Below are positions 21,036 to 28,949 of a stretch of DNA of 64,000 bases, piece by piece (position 1 is the stretch's first letter; the number at the start of each line of letters is the position of its first letter). Position numbers and translations under genes: made by a program. The notes under the pieces were generated by a model. The model was not told the DNA's origin, searched no databases, and was given only the letters and a program-made list of their open reading frames with translations. This DNA comes from Candidatus Giovannonibacteria bacterium (GTDB lineage: Bacteria; Patescibacteriota; Minisyncoccia; JACPKW01; UBA11713): contig JACPKW010000004.1 of the NCBI GenBank assembly GCA_016186825.1, positions 64,428 to 128,427 on the forward strand, given 5' to 3'.

Positions 21036-24000
21036 ATGGAAACAAAAGTTACAGATTTCAAATCAATTTTAATCAAACTCGCTTCGCCCGAGCGGATTTT
21101 GGCGTGGTCCCGAGGCGAAGTTACAAAACCGGAAACAATTAACTACAGGACCCAGCGCGCCGAAAAAGACGGTCTTTTTGACGAACGCATTTTCGGGCCC
21201 GAACACGATTATGAGTGCTACTGCGGAAAGTATCGGCGCATCCGCTACAAAGGAATCGTTTGCGATAAATGTGGCGTGGAAGTTACGCGCTCGATCGTGC
21301 GCCGCGAACGAATGGGGCATATCAAGCTCGCGACTCCAGTTTCACATATTTGGTTTTTGCGCGGAGTGCCTTCGAAACTCGGATTGATTCTCGACCTTTC
21401 GATTCCGGAACTCGAGCGCGTAATTTATTTTGCGGGCTACATTATCACAAAAGTAAACGACAAAGCCCGCGAAGAAGCTGTGCGGGATCTCGAGCATGAA
21501 TATAAAACTAAAACAAAAAATGCCGATCTTAAAAAAGACAAAGCCGGCCTTAAAGATGCTTATGATGCGGCGAGAAAAGAACTTGAACAGATAAAACTGG
21601 GACGGGTTATTACTGAAGTCGAATATCACCGCCTTGCTATGCGCTATGCGGAAGTTTTTGAAGCGGGAATAGGCGCGGAAGCTCTCTACAAAATTTGCAA
21701 AGAAGTGAACTTGAACGAACTTCACTCGGCGCTCGAAAAAGAATACGAAGACGCGAGCCCCCAGCAAAAGAAAAAATTAGTTAAGCGCTTGAGCCTCATA
21801 AAATCCATGGTGCGCTCGGGTGTGCGTCCGGAATGGATGTTTTTGGCCGTTATTCCGGTTTCTCCGCCGGCGCTCCGTCCGATGGTACAGCTCGAAGGAG
21901 GCAGGCATGCGACTTCTGATGTAAACGATTTATACAGGCGCGTGATCAACCGCAACAATCGTCTGAAAAAACTTTTGGAGCTTCGCGCGCCCGAAGTAAT
22001 CGTCCGCAATGAAAAAAGAATGCTTCAGGAAGCTGTTGACGCTTTGATTGATAACTCGATCCGGCGCGGGGCGGGAGTCGCAACCTCACAGGCCCAAAAG
22101 CGGCCGTTGCGCTCGCTTGCCGATATGCTCAAAGGAAAGCAGGGGAGATTTCGCCAAAATCTTTTGGGCAAACGCGTGGATTATTCCGGCCGCTCCGTTA
22201 TCGTCGTCGGCCCTGAACTTAAACTGCATCAATGCGGACTTCCCAAGCAAATGGCTTTGGAACTTTTCCGCCCGTTCGTAATTAACCGCTTGATTGACGG
22301 CGGGCTTGCGCATAACATTCGAGGCGCAAACCGTTTGATTGACGAAGCGACTCCGGATGTCTGGTCCGCGCTTGAAGAAGTTATTAAAAATAAATTCGTA
22401 TTGCTGAACCGCGCTCCCACTTTGCACCGCTTGGGCATTCAGGCTTTTCAGCCGGTATTGATCGAAGGCGATGCAATCCAGATTCATCCGCTCGTATGCG
22501 CGGCTTTCAACGCGGATTTTGACGGCGACCAGATGGCGGTGCACGTTCCTTTGACAGACGAAGCGCAATGGGAAGCGCGCGAAATCATGGCCGCGTCAAA
22601 AAATCTTTTGAAGCCCGGGACGGGCGATCCGACCGTAACGCCTTCGCAGGACATGGTTATCGGTTGCTACTGGCTTACAAAAATTGTTCCAGGCCTCAAA
22701 GGCGAAGGAAAAATTTTTGCAACTCCGAACGAAGCGATTCTCGCATATGAATTTGGTGATGTGCATCTGAAAGCGCAAGTGAAAGTTCGCGCGACTAAAA
22801 CTGCAAAGTATAAGCGTTTTGACGGGGGGATTATTGAAACTTCTGTCGGGCGGCTTTTATTCAATTCCGTTTTGCCCAATGACTTTGAATTTTTGAACGA
22901 AGAGATGAGGAAAAAAACGCTCGAGAAAATTGTCTCAAAACTGATAGTAAATTATGGTGTCTCTGAAGTCGGGCCCATTCTCGACAAAATAAAATCGTTT
23001 GGCTACCGCTACGCGACTCTTTCCGGAATCAGCTGGGGGATGGACGACGTGATTGTCCCCCCGATCAAAGCGGAAATTATTGAAGCCGCGCTGAAAGAAG
23101 CCGAGAAAGTTAAGGAGCAGTATAACGAAGGCCTGCTCACTGAAGATGAACGTTATGATAAAGTTATTTCAATCTGGGCGGATGTTAAAAGAAAAGTTGA
23201 TGAATGGGTGCCTAAAGTTCTTGATGAATACGGACCGGTCCACTCAATGGTTTCTTCCGCCGCGCGCGGCACTTGGACGCAGATTACGCAGATGTCTGGA
23301 ATGAAAGGTCTTGTCCGAAACCCAGCCGGAAAAACAATCGAGCTTCCAATTATTTCTTCATACAAGGAAGGCTTGAACGTGCTCGAATACTTTATTTCAA
23401 CTCACGGCGCAAGAAAAGGAACTGCAGACACCGCCTTGAAAACAGCGCACGCGGGCTATCTCACGCGCCGCCTCGTTGATGTTGCGCAGGATCTGATTAT
23501 CCGCGATGAAGACTGCAAAACTTCAGACGGATTTAAAGTTTGGAGAAAAGATGTCGAAGAATACGGCAAAGGACTTGCGGCAAGAATTTTCGGGCGCGTG
23601 CTTGCGGAAGATGTTAAAGATGCTGACGGAAAAATGCTTTATAAAAAAGGAGCGCTTCTCTCCGTTGATGATGCTGAAAAAATTGATAAGGCGGGCGTGC
23701 AAGAACTGATTGTCCGCTCGCCGATCACGTGTAAAACGCTTCGCGGAATTTGCCAGACTTGCTACGGCTATGATCTCGGATCGAACGCTCCCGTGAAAAT
23801 GGGGGAGGCGGTTGGGATTGTTGCAGCGCAGGCGATCGGGGAGCCGGGCACGCAATTAACAATGCGCACGTTCCACGTCGGCGGAGTTGCGGGAGCTTCT
23901 GACATTACGCTCGGTCTGCCGCGCGTTGAAGAAATTTTTGAATTGCGGATTCCGAAGTCGATTGCTGTGCTTTCCGATGTTGCGGGAGTAGTGATGGAAA

Positions 24001-24686
24001 TTGAGGAAAACGGAAAAGAAAAAATTGTAAAAATTTTGGTGGATCGTGAAAAAGGAAAAAAGGCGGCGAAAGAAGCTGACGAAACACGCGAGTTTGCCGT
24101 TCCTTACGGACGCGCCTTGTTTGTCTCAAAAGGAAGCCATGTTGAGTCAGGCGATGCATTGACTGACGGGCCTGCTGATATCAAAACTTTATTCTCGCTT
24201 GCGGGGCGCATTACTGCTCAAAATTACATTATCCGTGAAGTTGCCCGAATTTATAATTTACAGGGCGCTTCAATCAATGACAAACACATCGAAGTTATCG
24301 TTCGGCAAATGTTCGGGCGCGTTAAAATCAAAACTCCGGGCGCGACGCGATTTGCGATTGGAGATGTTTTGGAAACCGCGGAGTTCATCGAAGAAAATAT
24401 GCGGATGAAAGAAAAAGGTGCGGAAGTTGCGGAAGGATCTCCGCTTGTGATGGGAATTACAAAAACTGCGCTTTCAACCTCGAGCTTTCTCTCGGCGGCG
24501 TCATTTCAGGAAACGACTCGCGTTTTGATTACGGCCGCGCTTGATGGAAGAGAAGACAGATTAAACGGCCTTAAAGAAAATGTCATCATTGGGCGCTTGA
24601 TCCCCGCGGGAACGGGGTATAGAAAAGATTTTCCGGTTGAAGAATTTGAAGATGCGCAAAGGGAAGTGGAAGAGGCGATGGAATAA
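21036..24686 (+). CDS. rpoC: DNA-directed RNA polymerase subunit beta'
   Basis: 1216 aa, Zn-finger CxxC..CxxC at N-term, NADFDGD catalytic motif. Confidence 0.97.
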   Translation: METKVTDFKSILIKLASPERILAWSRGEVTKPETINYRTQRAEKDGLFDERIFGPEHDYECYCGKYRRIRYKGIVCDKCGVEVTRSIVRRERMGHIKLATPVSHIWFLRGVPSKLGLILDLSIPELERVIYFAGYIITKVNDKAREEAVRDLEHEYKTKTKNADLKKDKAGLKDAYDAARKELEQIKLGRVITEVEYHRLAMRYAEVFEAGIGAEALYKICKEVNLNELHSALEKEYEDASPQQKKKLVKRLSLIKSMVRSGVRPEWMFLAVIPVSPPALRPMVQLEGGRHATSDVNDLYRRVINRNNRLKKLLELRAPEVIVRNEKRMLQEAVDALIDNSIRRGAGVATSQAQKRPLRSLADMLKGKQGRFRQNLLGKRVDYSGRSVIVVGPELKLHQCGLPKQMALELFRPFVINRLIDGGLAHNIRGANRLIDEATPDVWSALEEVIKNKFVLLNRAPTLHRLGIQAFQPVLIEGDAIQIHPLVCAAFNADFDGDQMAVHVPLTDEAQWEAREIMAASKNLLKPGTGDPTVTPSQDMVIGCYWLTKIVPGLKGEGKIFATPNEAILAYEFGDVHLKAQVKVRATKTAKYKRFDGGIIETSVGRLLFNSVLPNDFEFLNEEMRKKTLEKIVSKLIVNYGVSEVGPILDKIKSFGYRYATLSGISWGMDDVIVPPIKAEIIEAALKEAEKVKEQYNEGLLTEDERYDKVISIWADVKRKVDEWVPKVLDEYGPVHSMVSSAARGTWTQITQMSGMKGLVRNPAGKTIELPIISSYKEGLNVLEYFISTHGARKGTADTALKTAHAGYLTRRLVDVAQDLIIRDEDCKTSDGFKVWRKDVEEYGKGLAARIFGRVLAEDVKDADGKMLYKKGALLSVDDAEKIDKAGVQELIVRSPITCKTLRGICQTCYGYDLGSNAPVKMGEAVGIVAAQAIGEPGTQLTMRTFHVGGVAGASDITLGLPRVEEIFELRIPKSIAVLSDVAGVVMEIEENGKEKIVKILVDREKGKKAAKEADETREFAVPYGRALFVSKGSHVESGDALTDGPADIKTLFSLAGRITAQNYIIREVARIYNLQGASINDKHIEVIVRQMFGRVKIKTPGATRFAIGDVLETAEFIEENMRMKEKGAEVAEGSPLVMGITKTALSTSSFLSAASFQETTRVLITAALDGREDRLNGLKENVIIGRLIPAGTGYRKDFPVEEFEDAQREVEEAME

Positions 24687-24713
24687 ATTGCGATCCAAGA
24701 TATTCAATAGATT

Positions 24714-24758
24714 CACTACTTCATATATTCACGATCGTGCACATATGAAGTAGTGAGA
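24714..24758 (+). terminator. hairpin after rpoC (TCACTACTTCATAT...ATATGAAGTAGTGA)
   Basis: 14 bp inverted repeat with 16 nt loop directly after rpoC stop; weak U-tract. Confidence 0.45.
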
Positions 24759-24854
24759 AGAAGAAGAAGTCATAGCTAGGTCTTAAAGTGGAATCCCAAA
24801 AAGCCTTTAAATATGGGCTTTTTTGGTGTTTAAAGCCTAGTTAGTTTTTAGGAC

Positions 24855-24883
24855 TTGACATTGGAAGCCGCAGGTGCTATAAT
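24855..24883 (+). promoter_or_regulatory. consensus sigma70 promoter TTGACA-17nt-TGcTATAAT
   Basis: Perfect -35 and -10 hexamers with 17 nt spacer and extended -10 TG. Confidence 0.6.
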
Positions 24884-24889
24884 GCTCCA

Positions 24890-25044
24890 ATAATAAGGAA
24901 TTAAGGCAATTTGAAAACTTTATAGCCCGCCTACGCTAAAGCTACGGCGGACGAAGAGAGAGCGGATCGCAAACACCGTATAGTTTGCAAAAAGGCGATT
25001 TCGCAATCTCTTAATAATGAAGAAAGTGCGAAATCGCCTTTTTT
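24890..25044 (+). ncRNA. candidate ~155 nt small RNA (promoter-to-terminator unit, unknown family)
   Basis: Starts about 7 nt after consensus -10; ends in a perfect 17 bp stem AAAAAGGCGATTTCGCA/TGCGAAATCGCCTTTTT plus T6; no ORF with SD inside. Confidence 0.4.
24989..25044. terminator. bidirectional intrinsic terminator
   Basis: 17 bp perfect stem, 21 nt loop, A-run 5' and T-run 3'. Confidence 0.75.
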
Positions 25045-25108
25045 CATAGTCGAGACGGGAGGAAGATCAAAAATAATTTATAAAGCGAAAAAAGAAAGGA
25101 GGTGATAG

Positions 25109-25264
25109 TGTGTGTCCAAAATGTGGTGGCCTGAATTGCCCTCGATGCGGGAAGTGTCCCGCGGAAGGGGCGGAAAAATGTTTGCGGTGCGGCCAAGACC
25201 TCCGGCCGAAGCCAGTTCCGGAGGCAGAAGTCAGAACGGACGAAATCCATTTCGATTTCTCTGA
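25109..25264 (+). CDS. small ORF (51 aa, GTG start) behind perfect SD, Cys-containing N-terminus CPKCGGLNCP
   Basis: AAAGGAGGTGAT 7 nt upstream of GTG; low-complexity Arg/Gly/Pro-rich remainder; could be non-coding. Confidence 0.2.
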   Translation, partial: CVSKMWWPELPSMREVSRGRGGKMFAVRPRPPAEASSGGRSQNGRNPFRFL

Positions 25265-25569
25265 AGAGTTCGAGTAAATTTCACCGGTCGCGGACGTGAG
25301 GTCGGTGCATCGAAAGATGCAAAGTCTCGGGGTGCTCTCGAGACACGCGTAAAAACAAGCAGAAGGCACTGCTTGCCGAAAAGTTCCGAGGTGCGCTTGG
25401 AACATGCCATATGGGGAGCTTGGAAATATCCAAAAGCTCCCCGCCAAATTTGAGATCTTACTTGGTTAAAAAAAACTGATCGAGCTCTCAAAATTGGTTC
25501 TTCGAAAAAGTTTTTCCTCCGATTTTGTGCGCTGGAGCTCGGCGCATAAAAAATAAAAGGAGGAGAAAA

Positions 25570-25767
25570 ATGGAAAAGATAAAAGTGTTGGGGCGATTGC
25601 CCCTAGAAAAAGTTGGGCGGCGGTTTTTCCCGCTGTCCCAGCCGGTGCCTGCGCACATTTGTGCGCATAATATTGGTCGCGACGCGTACCGCAAATGCGG
25701 GGCGTCGCTAAAAAAAGATGGAGCTTGCCCAAACTCGCGGTTTCACCGCGAGCAAAAGGCAGTCTAA
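25570..25767 (+). CDS. small protein (65 aa) with 4 Cys, strong SD
   Basis: AAAAGGAGGAGAAAAATG; HIC...KCGASLKKDGAC pattern suggests possible metal-binding ribbon. Confidence 0.35.
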   Translation: MEKIKVLGRLPLEKVGRRFFPLSQPVPAHICAHNIGRDAYRKCGASLKKDGACPNSRFHREQKAV

Positions 25768-25818
25768 CCCGCACGCGATGTTATATCGTCGTGCGGCGGA
25801 TTGAAAGGAGGTGAACCA

Positions 25819-25827
25819 ATGTTGTAA
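25819..25827 (+). CDS. 2-codon mini-ORF (ATG TTG TAA) behind perfect SD, followed by two hairpins
   Basis: GAAAGGAGGTGAACCA ATG TTG TAA; hairpins CAAACTCG-AAAA-CGAGTTTG and GGGCAGA...TCTGCCC directly downstream. Confidence 0.25.
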   Translation: ML

Positions 25828-25976
25828 ATATTCAAACTCGAAAACGAGTTTGAGGGCGTGGGCAGAGCCAGATAATCTGCCCCTCAACTAAGTTTTTATC
25901 CCTAGTCTAAGGATTACAATTGGGATGAAAACTTTGAGAGAAAGTTCTTAAAAAAAATAAGAAAGGAGGTGATGAT

Positions 25977-26189
25977 GTGGCGTGGTTCCGATTTTTTTTC
26001 GGAACTCCCCGGAGGTTTCTAACGACACTGGCCTTCGTCGGGCTTGTGTCCGTTATGATATCTCCCGGGTTGCTTCGCACCGCGGTAGAAAGACTGCTTG
26101 CGGAGTTAAATCCGCTGTTGGGGCCGGCGCTGACGATCATGATCGTCTTTGCTGGAATCCGTCTGATCCTTTTCGGTCGGCGGAGATAA
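25977..26189 (+). CDS. small two-TM membrane protein (70 aa, GTG start)
   Basis: GGAGG 7 nt upstream of GTG; two hydrophobic helices (FLTTLAFVGLVSVMISPGLL, LLGPALTIMIVFAGIRLILFG). Confidence 0.35.
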   Translation: MAWFRFFFGTPRRFLTTLAFVGLVSVMISPGLLRTAVERLLAELNPLLGPALTIMIVFAGIRLILFGRRR

Positions 26190-26381
26190 CCCAAGGGGAC
26201 GTCAGCTGGAGACGACTTGTCCAGCTACTCGGATCGCGCCTAGCCGAGGAAAAATAAACGCGATTAACCCAAGGCAACAGCTCAATAACGGGCAAAGCTT
26301 GAATGATAAGTCCTTGGTTCTCCCGCGAAGGCGAGGAGGTAAAAAATAAATCAAGCTTTCGGTTGATTTTAACCGGAGCTT

Positions 26382-26504
26382 TGATCAAAGTTTCTGATCG
26401 TTGAATTAAAAACACTTCGATATATATGTAGTGAGCTCGCCGAACTATCGAAGTAAATACTATGATGCATCATAGTATTAAAATTCGAATGGAAATTTTG
26501 ATGA
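26382..26504. repeat. ~125 bp direct repeat, copy 1 (contains 24 bp palindrome AATACTATGATGCATCATAGTATT)
   Basis: Near-identical to 28439-28568 except a 7 nt internal insertion in copy 2. Confidence 0.85.
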
Positions 26505-26557
26505 AAGCTCTTTAATACTTTCAGATTTTACTAAATTGAAAAATACGGATTTGTTAT

Positions 26558-26575
26558 CGCTATGATATATCATAG
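26558..26575. promoter_or_regulatory. 18 bp palindrome GCTATGATATATCATAGC (same core as 6544 and 7031 sites)
   Basis: Exact self-complementarity; core TATGATATATCATA. Confidence 0.6.
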
Positions 26576-26813
26576 CAATTTGAAAAAAAGAAATTGAGAA
26601 AAAGAAAGCTGGGAAGAATTATGGAGATTTTGAGAGAGATTAAATCCAGGCATTAAATTTATTGGCCTTGGCGGGCAGGGACGGGATCGGATCGGGAAAG
26701 CAGTGCGAGAGTTCGCTAACTGGTGAATTCGAAAACTTTGAGAGGTAAAACAACATCCCAACAAACTGGAGTTTATGAGGATGAGGAAAAGTTCTTTAAT
26801 AAAATTAAGATGC

Positions 26814-27077
26814 TCATCTGTAAATGTCTTTTCGGTGAGCTACACGGAGGAGCTGGATTGTTTTAGGATTAATGAACTGAAAAATAACTCGCCAGTCGCG
26901 AGTTATTCGAAAAGAATAAAGCCCTGAAAGTTTTCCAACCAGTGCTTTTGTGTGCAGTTGTGGATGAAAAACATTTTTTTCCAGAATTTCTGTGAGCTTC
27001 GAAAGTTTTTCTTGTTGATTTCGAGGAAGTCGCGCGGCGCTATCAAGAAATTTTTCAGTGAAAAGTATTCTTATCAT
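26814..27077 (-). CDS. type II toxin, RelE/ParE superfamily (87 aa)
   Basis: C-terminal LSGLYSFRITRDWRVIFQFINPKTIQLLRVAHRKDIY resembles RelE/ParE/YoeB-fold toxins; start overlaps upstream small gene (ATGA). Confidence 0.6.
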   Translation of the reverse strand: MIRILFTEKFLDSAARLPRNQQEKLSKLTEILEKNVFHPQLHTKALVGKLSGLYSFRITRDWRVIFQFINPKTIQLLRVAHRKDIYR

Positions 27078-27298
27078 GAACGCCGACGGCGCAATTCTCC
27101 TAGAAAGGCCTTTCTGCCCTTGAACTTATGCGCTGGTTTTTCTTTGCTTGCTTTGAGCATTTCCTCGACGAATTCAGGCTGGTATTCTCCTTCGGAATCC
27201 TTTCCTGCGATGCCAATCACGAAAGAACGCAGCCGTCTTACTTCCGCTTTGAGGTTTTCCATTTCTTTTGGATAGGCTATGGCCCTGTTCACTTTCAT
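27074..27298 (-). CDS. putative cognate antitoxin (74 aa)
   Basis: Small acidic/basic protein immediately upstream and translationally coupled to toxin gene. Confidence 0.45.
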   Translation of the reverse strand: MKVNRAIAYPKEMENLKAEVRRLRSFVIGIAGKDSEGEYQPEFVEEMLKASKEKPAHKFKGRKAFLGELRRRRS

Positions 27299-27531
27299 AT
27301 TTTAGTATGACGAGATTGATGCGGTCAATGTTTCTTTAAAACCTGTCCTCGGATGTGTATCCGGGCTGATGAGTCGAAAACGACGAAACAGGAAAAAGTT
27401 CTTTTTCAAATAAATTTCTAGCTGCTGTTTTCCTTCGACAAGCTCAGGATAAGTCGTTCTGAATTTGGAATGAAAACGGCAGCCGGAATTCACGAGATCT
27501 GGCTGACTAAAATTTATTGGAGGAAAAGGAA

Positions 27532-27735
27532 ATGGATTTTAGAAAATTCGTGGACACGATGGGTGGAGATGCAGTTCGGAGTCTGGGAAGGGTACCTGAC
27601 TCCACTGAGTCTAGGGAGATGCTAAAACTCAAGGCTGAAGAAGCCTTGGGTAAGAAACTTTCTGGTTACAGGTTTACCGGCAGCATCCTGCGGAGTGAAA
27701 ATCCGCAGGGCTTTGTCGGGATAGTGGCCTGGTAA
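27532..27735 (+). CDS. hypothetical small protein (67 aa from second Met)
   Basis: GGAGGA 8 nt upstream of ATG at 27532; no motif recognised. Confidence 0.3.
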   Translation: MDFRKFVDTMGGDAVRSLGRVPDSTESREMLKLKAEEALGKKLSGYRFTGSILRSENPQGFVGIVAW

Positions 27736-28090
27736 ATAACCTTTGCGGCGGAGGAAATGCAGAATATCGCATTTCCTCCGCCAGCTTCAATTAAGTTTTT
27801 GTCCTGCGTGAAATTGAAGGACGAAAACTTTGAGAGGTTATAATATCATCCTAACAAACTCAAGTTTATAAGGATAAAAAAAGTTCTTTACAAAATGTTT
27901 CTGGCTGTGGTTTTGGTGGCTTTCCCATAATAATATTATTTTGATGGGTTTAAATTAGCCGCCAAAATCGCAGCCGGAAATCTGAAATACATTCGGCTAG
28001 CTTTTCGGAGAGGAAAAAACAAAAAAGGTCAAAGCAGAGGACGAAATTGATTTTTTTGGCTTTATCCCAAAGAAAGGGGGGGGTGGCTTT

Positions 28091-28384
28091 ATGACGTTTG
28101 TGGGCTTGATCGGAGCGGTGTGGGTGCTGCAAATTCCTCTCGGTCTCTTTCTGGTGGGGGTTGCGTTGGTGGGGAGGTTTGAGAGGAAACACCCCACTTG
28201 GGAAGAGCTCTGCCGGGCGAAAGCGGAGGAAAATTTTGCGCGGGAGCGCAAAATTTTGAAGCACGTCGAGCGGTGCTTGACGTGCTCGGAGAGCGAAATA
28301 GGCAGGCATATTAAAGCGAGCCGCGATTTTTTCCAGCGCTGGCTCGCGGCGGACGGAAAACTTCCGCCGGAAGAATGGAGGTGA
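28091..28384 (+). CDS. hypothetical membrane-anchored protein (97 aa)
   Basis: GGGGGG/GGTGG SD-like tract upstream; N-terminal TM helix then charged cytoplasmic domain with CLTC. Confidence 0.35.
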   Translation: MTFVGLIGAVWVLQIPLGLFLVGVALVGRFERKHPTWEELCRAKAEENFARERKILKHVERCLTCSESEIGRHIKASRDFFQRWLAADGKLPPEEWR

Positions 28385-28438
28385 GACCGAATGAAAAAAA
28401 TCAGGCCTTGGCGCGGATATAATCTGCACCAAGGCCCC

Positions 28439-28568
28439 TGATCAAAGTTTCTGATCGTTGAACTAAAAACACTTCGATATTCGATATATATGTAGTGAGC
28501 TCGCCGAACTATCGAAGTAAATACTATGATGCATCATAGTATTAAAATTCGAATGGAAATTTTGATGA
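28439..28568. repeat. ~125 bp direct repeat, copy 2
   Basis: Matches 26382-26504; contains the same 24 bp palindrome at about 28518-28541. Confidence 0.85.
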
Positions 28569-28606
28569 GGGGTTCGTTAAAAAAACTTTTTAGAGGAGGA
28601 CATATT

Positions 28607-28717
28607 ATGAAGTATTTTTTTATGTTTTTGTTGATGGCGGTCTTATTGACCGCCCCGAGCTGTGGGATCGAGAAAGGGGGAGATGATGGGGGTGAGGATG
28701 CCCCCATCGAAACATAA
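28607..28717 (+). CDS. small secreted/lipoprotein-like peptide (36 aa)
   Basis: GAGGAGGA SD; MKYFFMFLLMAVLLTAPSC signal peptide with lipobox-like APSC, acidic Gly-rich tail. Confidence 0.3.
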   Translation: MKYFFMFLLMAVLLTAPSCGIEKGGDDGGEDAPIET

Positions 28718-28949
28718 AAACGAGAGGTGGGTCGACGAAAAATCGGCTCACCTTCTCAAAAATTCAAGTCGCTATGGAGCCGTGGAGTTAGTTTGTAACA
28801 TTCAAAAGATGAAACTCTCTCTTTGTCTTTTGTTCGAACTAGCTCACGGCTCTATGGCGATTTTTTGTTTTTTTCTTAGTTCTGTGGTCTAGAAACATTT
28901 GTGGATAATAAAATAGCTATGCGGTCAAATTGAATCTACACTTAGAGCA

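Noticed and set aside
25044-25774. Several 68-126 aa minus-strand ORFs across the island's structured region
   Set aside because: No SD, Arg/Pro/Ser-rich GC-driven low complexity, and they overlap plus-strand elements with clear signals (SD-led ORFs, hairpins)
26620-26655. 11-codon ORF MEILREIKSRH after the 18 bp palindrome
   Set aside because: No SD and likely just AT-rich spacer; mentioned only because it resembles the MEIL... ORF inside the 125 bp repeats
28526-28606. Upstream extension (MMHHSIKIRMEIL...) of the lipoprotein-like peptide ORF
   Set aside because: ATGATGCATCAT is the centre of the 24 bp palindrome, so the Met codons are coincidental; a good SD precedes the downstream ATG at 28607
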